From: a virus
Taxonomy: Duplodnaviria; Caudoviricetes
Direction: 5' to 3' (one strand)
Virus record (IMG/VR): IMGVR_UViG_3300025777_000007
Span: 1 to 29,737 of that record
Length of the DNA: 29,737 bases
Shown: positions 8,846 to 15,727 of the stretch, one piece after another
Layout of the letters: each line of letters begins with the position of its first letter
How positions within the stretch are numbered: the stretch's first letter is position 1
Translations under genes and position numbers: made by a program
The notes under the pieces: model-generated
Told to the model about the DNA's origin: nothing
What the model saw: only the letters and a program-made list of their open reading frames with translations
The model's database searches: none

Positions 8846-9451
8846 TTAAGCCGCTTCGAGCTCGCCCAGCAGATCGTCCGAATTAACGGTCGACTTCGAG
8901 GTCTTTTCCAGTTCCAGGCGCTGGATCACTTGGCCGGTCTTGGAAGCTGGGTTGCGGAAGCTCTTGTACAGAGCCTGGCGTGTCAGCTTTTCGCCCTTGG
9001 CGGCAGCTTGGTCGAGCTTGGACTGCAAGAAGGCCTTGACAGCATCGACGGACTTGCCGGTGACTTCGGCGATTGCCTTAATCACAACGGATGCTCCGCT
9101 AAAGCCATCACCTTCGGCGCGTTCAGCCGACCAGTTGCCGGTGCTCAAACGAGCGATCATAGCGTCGATGCCCACCACTACGTCGTCAATGTCATCCACA
9201 CCAGCGACGTCATCGCCAATCTTTTGGGAAGCGCCGTGACCGGCACAATCCAACAGAAGGGACTCGGGAACTGTGAAGAGACGGGTTTCGCCGTTGCGGA
9301 AGTCAAAACGAACACTGACTGCGCCATCGGCGATGATAACTTCCTTGCGCAGCTTGCGCTTGCCAGCAAACTCGACCACACGACCGTCGGTCAGAGTCAC
9401 GGCTTCCTTAACTGTCTCTACCTTAGCTGCTTTCACTTGAACTTCGCTCAT
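8846..9451 (-). CDS. Early hypothetical protein, paralog of 14454-14990
   Basis: Has its own promoter and terminator; motif similarity to the 14454 protein. Confidence 0.75.
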   Translation of the reverse strand: MSEVQVKAAKVETVKEAVTLTDGRVVEFAGKRKLRKEVIIADGAVSVRFDFRNGETRLFTVPESLLLDCAGHGASQKIGDDVAGVDDIDDVVVGIDAMIARLSTGNWSAERAEGDGFSGASVVIKAIAEVTGKSVDAVKAFLQSKLDQAAAKGEKLTRQALYKSFRNPASKTGQVIQRLELEKTSKSTVNSDDLLGELEAA

Positions 9452-9514
9452 TCTCAATTACTCCAATAATGACGAGCCTTTAAATGGGCGCCCGTCGTAT
9501 TCCCGCGAATTTTG

Positions 9515-9542
9515 ATTCTACCACCGATTTATGGGGTGTCAA
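9515..9542 (-). promoter_or_regulatory. sigma70-like promoter
   Basis: TTGACA-16 bp-TAGAAT with TGn extended -10. Confidence 0.7.
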
Positions 9543-9867
9543 TCAAGGGATGGGGGTTCTTTCTGTTGGTTGCGGCGATTGGCTCAATACGTACGTAGAG
9601 TTTTAAGCGCATGGGCAAAGTAGACTTCAGCAACTGCTCTTGCAGGCTATAAAGAGTGCGCTGTGGGATTTCAACTTCGCATTCTTCATACTCCCCAGAG
9701 TCATCTACGCCACCCAGAAGCACTTCACCTATTTCCCCGTACTGGGCGATAGCTTCTGAAACCAACGCATCCAGCCTGTACTGGCGCATCTGGGCTGCGG
9801 TGTAGTAGTCATCCACGCCAGACTGCAAATCAGAAAGGCGGCGATACGCGGGATTGGGCAGTTTCAT
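9529..9867 (-). CDS. Hypothetical protein
   Basis: SD AAGGAG, ATGA coupling. Confidence 0.65.
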   Translation of the reverse strand: MKLPNPAYRRLSDLQSGVDDYYTAAQMRQYRLDALVSEAIAQYGEIGEVLLGGVDDSGEYEECEVEIPQRTLYSLQEQLLKSTLPMRLKLYVRIEPIAATNRKNPHPLIDTP

Positions 9868-10130
9868 TTCGTGTCTCCTTGTGCCTTGATTGCGGCGTCC
9901 ATGATCAGCTTCAAGCCCCGGTAGTAGCCTGCAGTTGGCTTTGCCAGCGTTTCAAACGCAGTGTCTGCTGAGTATTTCAAGGCGGTCTTTAGCCGCTCCG
10001 CGTCCTTCTGCGCTGCTTCAAGTGCAGTGCACAGGGCGGCGATGGTGTCGGTTGCTTGTTCCGATGCTTGGTGTATCGGCTTGCGCAACCGCGCTTCAAC
10101 TGCTCGGGCGTTTTGTAGTAGGTCTTTCAT
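9864..10130 (-). CDS. Hypothetical protein (MKDLLQNA...)
   Basis: ATGA coupling at both ends; coiled AAQKDAERL segment common in phage early proteins. Confidence 0.6.
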   Translation of the reverse strand: MKDLLQNARAVEARLRKPIHQASEQATDTIAALCTALEAAQKDAERLKTALKYSADTAFETLAKPTAGYYRGLKLIMDAAIKAQGDTK

Positions 10131-10453
10131 TTCGATTTTCCTTCCAGCGCATCCACGATGGCCTGATACGCGGTGTCGCGGTCTTTGCATGTGTTCCATG
10201 TAAAAGCCTTCATTCCAACACTGAGGTGATAACCGCCGTCCAAAACCGGAGCGGCAAACTCTTTGCCGTTGATGGATCGGGTTTTTAGTTTGATGCGGAT
10301 ACTTTCCCAGCCCTGTGCGTAAGTCATGGCGTTCAAGGCTTGGCGAAGGTCAACCGCCATCCATACGCCGTTTGTATTGCGCTGTTCAATTTCCTTGTCA
10401 TCCGCGATAGCTCGCAGGATGGTCTTGGCGTGTTCTGTCAAGTTATTCATCAT
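10127..10453 (-). CDS. Hypothetical protein
   Basis: SD GGAGG, packed in the operon. Confidence 0.65.
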   Translation of the reverse strand: MMNNLTEHAKTILRAIADDKEIEQRNTNGVWMAVDLRQALNAMTYAQGWESIRIKLKTRSINGKEFAAPVLDGGYHLSVGMKAFTWNTCKDRDTAYQAIVDALEGKSK

Positions 10454-10631
10454 CCACCTCCACTTTATTTAGAAGATTCAAAAGCATTTGAGCACTAACA
10501 ACCGCCAAAGTTCCGCAATTATCACACTCTTCTGCATCATTACTTTCTACACTCGAGACCTTCTCAAGGCATTTAAGGCAAAAGCCTTCGCCCCAGAAGA
10601 TTGCTTCTTTTATTTCATGCTTTGTTAACAC
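10443..10631 (-). CDS. Small zinc-ribbon protein
   Basis: CLKC...CDNC. Confidence 0.55.
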   Translation of the reverse strand: MLTKHEIKEAIFWGEGFCLKCLEKVSSVESNDAEECDNCGTLAVVSAQMLLNLLNKVEVDDE

Positions 10632-10932
10632 TTAATATCTCCGTTTTATCCAGTGAATCAATTCTATCAGCCCCAAGATCAAGAGTATCGGTAGGATCAG
10701 CAATGTCATCTTTTTCTTTCGGGTCTGTTTCCGACCATTCATCTTGACAGCAAGAACTAGAAAGGACAAGTTGAACATCGCAACCTGTTGCTCCCCAATA
10801 CTCATATTCTCCAATGCCTTCATCAGACACTATGAGATCACATTCTTCTTGACAGCATAAGCAGAAAAAGGGGCCGTCACCAGCCCCATTAAGAAGAGAT
10901 TCTGCTTGTCGCTTAGTTTGCTTCGAAGCCAT
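10615..10932 (-). CDS. Cys-rich acidic phage protein (DEGIGEYEYWG motif)
   Basis: CLCC..DEGIGEYEYWG..SSCC; start uncertain. Confidence 0.55.
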   Translation of the reverse strand: MASKQTKRQAESLLNGAGDGPFFCLCCQEECDLIVSDEGIGEYEYWGATGCDVQLVLSSSCCQDEWSETDPKEKDDIADPTDTLDLGADRIDSLDKTEILSVNKA

Positions 10933-11308
10933 CGTTTTCGGGGTTGATGGAATCAAATGCTTCATCTTCCTCAACCGTCGGGGCTGAAGAGTCATAGCAA
11001 AGGCTAGACATTTTGGCGATTGTCTCGTCGAGCTCAGCAAGAACCGACTGGAATTGTGTTATTTTCTCTTCCCGTATTCTTTTAAGGGCCAGGACTTGAA
11101 CTTGCGTCCGATCGTAATAAGGGGGGACGTAGAACTCAATGTCCACGATCCCAATCAAAGACATGTATTCATTTGAAAGAGTTGGGATTGAGTGAAACTC
11201 AATTGTCGAGTAATTATCCCAAGCATACTTTTGCTCATAAGCATATTGTTGGATTGTGACCACTGTACCGCGAAGACTGCCTTTGACCTTGTTGTTAGCG
11301 TTTTCCAT
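10913..11308 (-). CDS. Hypothetical protein
   Basis: SD AAGGA; acidic tail. Confidence 0.65.
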   Translation of the reverse strand: MENANNKVKGSLRGTVVTIQQYAYEQKYAWDNYSTIEFHSIPTLSNEYMSLIGIVDIEFYVPPYYDRTQVQVLALKRIREEKITQFQSVLAELDETIAKMSSLCYDSSAPTVEEDEAFDSINPENDGFEAN

Positions 11309-11309
11309 T

Positions 11310-11558
11310 TCATTTCCTTAATTGGGGGATACAAACCAGCTCCCCTTGGGCTGTCCACTGGATAGTGGAATTTTCACCTAACTCTTCATGACACAAACGA
11401 GTGGCACGAAGTTCCTTTTTGTATGCGCGCTGCGCAGCTCGTTGAGCATCGCTTAAACTCAACGAATCGTTGAAGGAGTCGAGACTTGAAGATCCATCAA
11501 GCCAGGCTCCTAGGACAAAGGCCCCTCCGATAAAGATAAAGGCCGATGTTGTTTTCAC
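11310..11558 (-). CDS. Small protein with N-terminal hydrophobic/signal-like segment
   Basis: MKTTSAFIFIGGAFVLGAWL; C-terminal Cys pair. Confidence 0.6.
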   Translation of the reverse strand: MKTTSAFIFIGGAFVLGAWLDGSSSLDSFNDSLSLSDAQRAAQRAYKKELRATRLCHEELGENSTIQWTAQGELVCIPQLRK

Positions 11559-11740
11559 GCTTTTGCTTCCTCAACCCGAGCCCGAGCTTCGCGGATAGCG
11601 ATTGCAATCTCATCTATTCCGGCGCCATTCTTATAGCGTTGGATGATAATCTTGGACTCTTTGAGGGCGCGGGACGTATTGCAATTGAAGAGCTGGCCGG
11701 CCAGCCGCCGGACGCCCGTTTCCGTCACTCTTGTGTTCAT
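11555..11740 (-). CDS. Hypothetical protein (MNTRVTET...)
   Basis: Coupled to both neighbours. Confidence 0.55.
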   Translation of the reverse strand: MNTRVTETGVRRLAGQLFNCNTSRALKESKIIIQRYKNGAGIDEIAIAIREARARVEEAKA

Positions 11741-11946
11741 TTCTTTTCCCAAAGCACTTGAGGGTTGAGGCAAGCGGCGCTTTCTTCATAACGGTTGTAG
11801 CCGTTTTTGCCGTCTTGCTTGAACACAAGGCCATATGTGAGGCCGCCGTTAAACATATTGCTGTACTGGACGATCTTGACGCAGCCGCCTTTGCCGTTGG
11901 AGGCTATGATCTCATCCACTGTTTCACGCTCATTTATTGAAGCCAT
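11737..11946 (-). CDS. Hypothetical protein (MASINERE...)
   Basis: SD AAGGA upstream. Confidence 0.6.
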   Translation of the reverse strand: MASINERETVDEIIASNGKGGCVKIVQYSNMFNGGLTYGLVFKQDGKNGYNRYEESAACLNPQVLWEKK

Positions 11947-12115
11947 TTTGATTCCTTTTGTTAGTTGCGCGCTAAGCGCGCTAAGACATTTCTTTCGGGG
12001 AAAACCCCCATTATCGGGGTATTGCTTTTCAGTGAAGATCTGGGTATCCACGGCACCACTTCCGTCGGCTACATGGATACCCTTCTTCCGGAAAATTCAA
12101 GCCACGCGGCTAGGT

Positions 12116-12670
12116 CTAAAGACCCTCGAGCAGCTCGCTCAACATCTCATCGGCATCCAGCACCACTCGAGTCATCGGACGCTCCGAGAACTTTTGAAGA
12201 ACCGACTGGACACTCGAGGGCACAATCCGATTGGTCCCCAAGTTCCCCAGTTGCCCCTCTTCAATCACCTTAAAAAGTGGACTCATTCCACATTCGCCAT
12301 GATCCTCAAAGTCCACAAACCCACTCAACTGGATGCAATCGTAGCAAAAGGGCTCCGTCACCTGAAGGATCTCATGACGCATAGGCTTGCCTTCCCGTGG
12401 CCAAGTCCGTGCGATCGTATAACGAAAGCCGCCTTGCTCATGGTGCTCCCTCGTGAATACGCCGACACATTCCGACCGGACGCTCCCGCAACAATTACAA
12501 GTAATCACCCGTGACCTCGCTACATACCCTTCCGCATGGAAAAGCCCATGCCTCTCATCAATCTTCATCGGGATCTTCGAAAGCGCAAGCTCCTTCTTTC
12601 TCTGCTGCATCACCTGAGCTAGTTCGAGGTCGCTAAAAGCGTCCTCTAAACTCTTTTCAATTTGTGCCAT
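12116..12670 (-). CDS. Hypothetical zinc-binding protein
   Basis: CNCC...CYDC; C-terminal ADEMLSELLEGL. Confidence 0.7.
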   Translation of the reverse strand: MAQIEKSLEDAFSDLELAQVMQQRKKELALSKIPMKIDERHGLFHAEGYVARSRVITCNCCGSVRSECVGVFTREHHEQGGFRYTIARTWPREGKPMRHEILQVTEPFCYDCIQLSGFVDFEDHGECGMSPLFKVIEEGQLGNLGTNRIVPSSVQSVLQKFSERPMTRVVLDADEMLSELLEGL

Positions 12671-12746
12671 TTTCAACCCTTTCAAGGTTATTGGGGGAAA
12701 TCCCCTCCAAAGCCCCTGTTTCCAAGACCTTTGGGGTCGATCTCAC

Positions 12747-13040
12747 TCAATCAAAAGCGTTTCCCATCTTCACCTCCGGTGCCAACTCCATCAGCTTTCT
12801 GATACTTTCCGCTATCTCATCCGCCCGCTCATTCGACCGCTCTGTCGACGTCTTCTCTTTTCGTTCGTCCCCTGCCTGCGTTCTCAGGTGCCGATAAGTA
12901 TCCCTTCTCACAATTCGCCGAATTGTCTCAGGGCTCACCCCGAAATAATCCGCTTCAAGCCTCGTGTCCAAATTACCCTCCAGCCCAAGCTGGATAATCC
13001 TCAACGCTTCTTCATCATTCAAATGAGCTTTTGCCATCAT
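12747..13040 (-). CDS. Helix-turn-helix DNA-binding protein
   Basis: AHLNDEEALRI...ADYFGVSPETIRRIVRRDTY. Confidence 0.75.
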   Translation of the reverse strand: MMAKAHLNDEEALRIIQLGLEGNLDTRLEADYFGVSPETIRRIVRRDTYRHLRTQAGDERKEKTSTERSNERADEIAESIRKLMELAPEVKMGNAFD

Positions 13041-13237
13041 ATCCCCTTAAAGAATGGTGTTCGCCAGTGGGCTGGTTTACCTGCCAGCTTGTGAGATTGC
13101 CCATGCACCACTTTGCTCATGGTGTTCGCGGATACCCCATAATGTCGAGCAGTTGCGGCAAGATTAAATCCATCCTGCTGCGCTTTTTCCCGTATCACAA
13201 GCACCTGCATTTCACTCAATTTTGCCTGCGCCATCAC
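13037..13237 (-). CDS. Helix-turn-helix DNA-binding protein (paralog of neighbour)
   Basis: AKLSEMQVLVIRE...ARHYGVSANTMSKVVHGQSH. Confidence 0.7.
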   Translation of the reverse strand: MMAQAKLSEMQVLVIREKAQQDGFNLAATARHYGVSANTMSKVVHGQSHKLAGKPAHWRTPFFKGI

Positions 13238-13392
13238 TCAATCCCTTCCACATAAAAAACCGATTCCACAAACTGCTCTGCGTTCTCATCCAGCCATTCA
13301 TAACATTCATCTTCCGAGCCCACAAAAGCCCCAACCTCTTCCCTCGTCTCCAGCACCTGGATCACTCGGTGAGTTGCCGTCCGTTTATTCAT
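13234..13392 (-). CDS. 52-aa acidic hypothetical protein
   Basis: Translated by hand MNKRTATHRVIQV...VFYVEGIE; fills the operon gap and overlaps both neighbours. Confidence 0.55.
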   Translation of the reverse strand: MNKRTATHRVIQVLETREEVGAFVGSEDECYEWLDENAEQFVESVFYVEGIE

Positions 13393-13606
13393 CTTGGTCA
13401 TTTTCGCTCCTTGTCAAGATATTCTGAATCGTCTGCAAAAGATTATCCACATCCATCACAGCTTGCTGAACCTGTTCAAGCCCTTCATCGAGTTCCATCT
13501 CAAACCCATCGGAGGCTTCTGGCAGTGCCTCCTCCACTTCATAAAGTGCTGCCCACGCCTCCATCAGCTTGCCCTGCACGGCTTTCAGTTTGTCAATTTC
13601 CGCCAT
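13385..13606 (-). CDS. Small acidic helical-hairpin protein
   Basis: SD AAGGA; first gene after the promoter at 13646-13673. Confidence 0.65.
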   Translation of the reverse strand: MAEIDKLKAVQGKLMEAWAALYEVEEALPEASDGFEMELDEGLEQVQQAVMDVDNLLQTIQNILTRSENDQDE

Positions 13607-13645
13607 TTTGCATCCTTTTAAGTTAAAATCTACGTTCCACGCACA

Positions 13646-13673
13646 ATTATATCCATTCGATACCATGAGTCAA
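13646..13673 (-). promoter_or_regulatory. sigma70-like promoter
   Basis: TTGACT-16 bp-TATAAT. Confidence 0.7.
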
Positions 13674-13713
13674 CAAAGACATTGTATCCCTTGCGACAAC
13701 AACCATTATAAAT

Positions 13714-14014
13714 ACGACAACAACAACGACAACAATAATACAACAACCATGATACCCCCCATATATTTACCCCTCGAAAATCCAAGTTATATTTTCGATG
13801 TGTACACGTTATTAAAGCCTATATCTCTTAACCCTTTAGTATATATTCCTACTAAAAAAAAAAATAAAAAAATAAATCTAAGAGATAATATAAACGTGTA
13901 CACATATAAATATAATAACGTGTACACATATCGAAAACACACCTGTAACTTAACAGGGCAAAAAACAGGGGGGGCTCATGGTTGTTGTAGTGTTGTCGTT
14001 GTCGTTGTTGTCGT
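13714..14014. repeat. Nested inverted-repeat element around an AT-rich core (putative replication origin)
   Basis: Perfect 14-bp IR 13739-13752/13976-13989 and perfect 17-bp IR 13798-13814/13913-13929 share a centre near 13864; CAA/CGA-repeat arms. Confidence 0.75.
13894..13929. promoter_or_regulatory. Paired palindromic operators (24-bp period)
   Basis: ACGTGTACACAT at 13894 and 13918; a further copy at 13798. Confidence 0.8.
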
Positions 14015-14058
14015 GCCGTCGATTTGGGGCATAATTGGGGCATGTATGTAAAACCATA

Positions 14059-14108
14059 TTGACGCCGCGAACGAACGCGTATATCATACGTTTTCCCGCG
14101 AACGAACG
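14059..14108 (+). promoter_or_regulatory. Promoter with 13-bp direct repeats
   Basis: TTGACG-17 bp-TATCAT; CCGCGAACGAACG at 14065 (in the spacer) and 14096. Confidence 0.55.
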
Positions 14109-14149
14109 GCATATTTCATGCCATTTTACCCCCAAAACAGGACAAAATC

Positions 14150-14428
14150 ATGGGCGACATATTAAACAACCTTACCCCCGAGGAGCTTATCCTCATCAAA
14201 GAACGCGCCGCCTCCAAACGGGAGGAGCGCCATTGTCTGAACTGCGACAAGGTCTATTCTATGCGAAAAGATCAACGCTTTTGTTGTGCCGCTTGTCGCA
14301 CCGCTTTTGCACGTCATTATGCCGAAGTCCAACATGATCTTTTAATCGAGGAAAAGCGCCGCTGGTTAATTGAACGCGAAGCCCTGATTCACGAGATCTC
14401 GGAGCTTCGTCGCCAATTGAATCAATAA
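14150..14428 (+). CDS. Zinc-finger (CxxC..CCxxC) coiled-coil protein, putative regulator
   Basis: CLNC...FCCAAC plus a leucine-zipper-like C-terminus; SD AGGA. Confidence 0.7.
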   Translation: MGDILNNLTPEELILIKERAASKREERHCLNCDKVYSMRKDQRFCCAACRTAFARHYAEVQHDLLIEEKRRWLIEREALIHEISELRRQLNQ

Positions 14429-14450
14429 GAAAAAGGGGCTTTCGCCCCTT
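14429..14450 (-). terminator. Terminator between convergent genes
   Basis: AAGGGGC-GAAA-GCCCCTTTTT on the minus strand. Confidence 0.75.
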
Positions 14451-14453
14451 CCC

Positions 14454-14990
14454 TCATTCCCCGCCAAGCTCGTCCAAATCGACCGCCGCCTCCTGATCCC
14501 CGAATTTCAATTGTGCGACCTTCAACGCAACCGCCTCAACCGTCGCCACCTGTTTGAGGTATTTGTCTGTCGCAATGCCTTTTTTGGCCGCCGCCGCCGC
14601 AACCATTTCGCGCATTTTGTCCACCGTCGTGTCCTTGACCGCAGCCAAAGCTTCCAAGATCCATTCGGTCTCGGCCTTCTTCCCGCCGCCACCTGCCCCA
14701 CGCATTTCCCATTCCCCACCTGCGTGATAATGCTCGACGAGTGCTTTGATCCGTTCAAATTTGTCCTGTGCCGTCGCGCTCAATCCCGTCTTGTTATCCG
14801 CGCTCATCGCCGCCCGGTCCCGCAACCTCTGCTCGAACCCGTGCTGAGTCGCCCGTTCAAGAAGCGCCGTATTGATTACGCCCATGTCAAAAACAATCGT
14901 TCCCGCGTCCTTTACCACCAGCTCCAACTGTAACGGGTTGATCCAGTTCGCCGTGACGACCGCGTTTGATTTAACCTTTTCTTTTGCCAT
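14454..14990 (-). CDS. Early hypothetical protein, paralog of 8846-9451
   Basis: Has its own promoter and terminator; shared motifs with the 8846 protein. Confidence 0.75.
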   Translation of the reverse strand: MAKEKVKSNAVVTANWINPLQLELVVKDAGTIVFDMGVINTALLERATQHGFEQRLRDRAAMSADNKTGLSATAQDKFERIKALVEHYHAGGEWEMRGAGGGGKKAETEWILEALAAVKDTTVDKMREMVAAAAAKKGIATDKYLKQVATVEAVALKVAQLKFGDQEAAVDLDELGGE

Positions 14991-15062
14991 ACAATGCCCT
15001 TTCAAGGCTGTCTAAACACCGGGAAACCCCCGGCAGGGTGAAGCTTTCCGCCGCATAATTGA

Positions 15063-15090
15063 ATCATACCTCACATTTTCGGGTTGTCAA
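15063..15090 (-). promoter_or_regulatory. sigma70-like promoter
   Basis: TTGACA-16 bp-TATGAT with an AT-rich upstream element. Confidence 0.7.
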
Positions 15091-15159
15091 CAATTATTTT
15101 CGATCTTTACAATTCAAATAAACACATCATACGGAGCCTGTCACGCCCGTATGGTTTGT

Positions 15160-15333
15160 TTATTCTTGGTCGGATGCCGGTTGACATTTGATCGCGGATT
15201 CTGTCACGGTCAACAACATGACCGCATCGCCTTCATTTGCATTGTGCACATATTCCACATATGCCAACCGAGCAAAATGTGCATCATTCCATGTGTACAC
15301 CACCGAGCCATTAACCGTAATAACATATTCCAT
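15160..15333 (-). CDS. 57-aa hypothetical protein, first early gene
   Basis: Translated by hand MEYVITVNGSVVYTWNDAHFARLAY...SDQE; SD AAGGA; followed by a CATACGG/CCGTATG hairpin. Confidence 0.55.
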   Translation of the reverse strand: MEYVITVNGSVVYTWNDAHFARLAYVEYVHNANEGDAVMLLTVTESAIKCQPASDQE

Positions 15334-15395
15334 GATTCATCCTTCATCCCCGATACCGTGGGGTCCGTGTCAACCAAGGCCGGTTGATGTAATGG

Positions 15396-15423
15396 ATTAT
15401 GCACCTTCAATTGGCGTTGTCAA
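15396..15423 (-). promoter_or_regulatory. sigma70-like promoter
   Basis: TTGACA-16 bp-CATAAT. Confidence 0.65.
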
Positions 15424-15633
15424 TCGTCTTTACAATTCTTTACAATGGCCCATCAACGCGGCCTCATACGCGCATACCCCCACGCGCCTTCGCGCGCGTA
15501 CACACGTCCGCCTGCTCGCCCAGGCGAATCCACCCCCAAGAAACCCCTGGCGAAATCGACGGCGGCTGGGGGAAACATTAAGGCGCGTGGAGAGTTTTTG
15601 TTCCACTTTCTCAAAATTTTTTATTTTTTTATA

Positions 15634-15669
15634 ATGTGTACACGTTATACCGTTGATATGTGTACACAC
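15634..15669. promoter_or_regulatory. Paired palindromic operators (24-bp period) upstream of the late operon
   Basis: ATGTGTACACGT 15634 and ATGTGTACACAC 15658. Confidence 0.75.
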
Positions 15670-15727
15670 ACCCCTAGCTCCGACGTACCCACTTTTTGCT
15701 ATCCCGTCCTCTCCGTATACTGCTCAT

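Noticed and set aside
8558-9469. 303-aa plus-strand ORF
   Set aside because: Antisense shadow of 8846-9451 that crosses a promoter, a terminator and RNA stems; no recognisable motifs.
11807-12514. 235-aa plus-strand ORF
   Set aside because: Antisense to well-supported minus-strand genes.
13690-14020. CRISPR array or protelomerase (telRL) site
   Set aside because: No repeat-spacer periodicity; the centre is not a perfect palindrome and no protelomerase is in the window.
13569-14135. Low-complexity ORFs over the symmetric element
   Set aside because: The poly-N, poly-V and poly-K tracts are by-products of the DNA repeats.
15291-15302. Single ATGTGTACAC copy
   Set aside because: Lies inside a coding region with no partner at 24 bp; may be chance.
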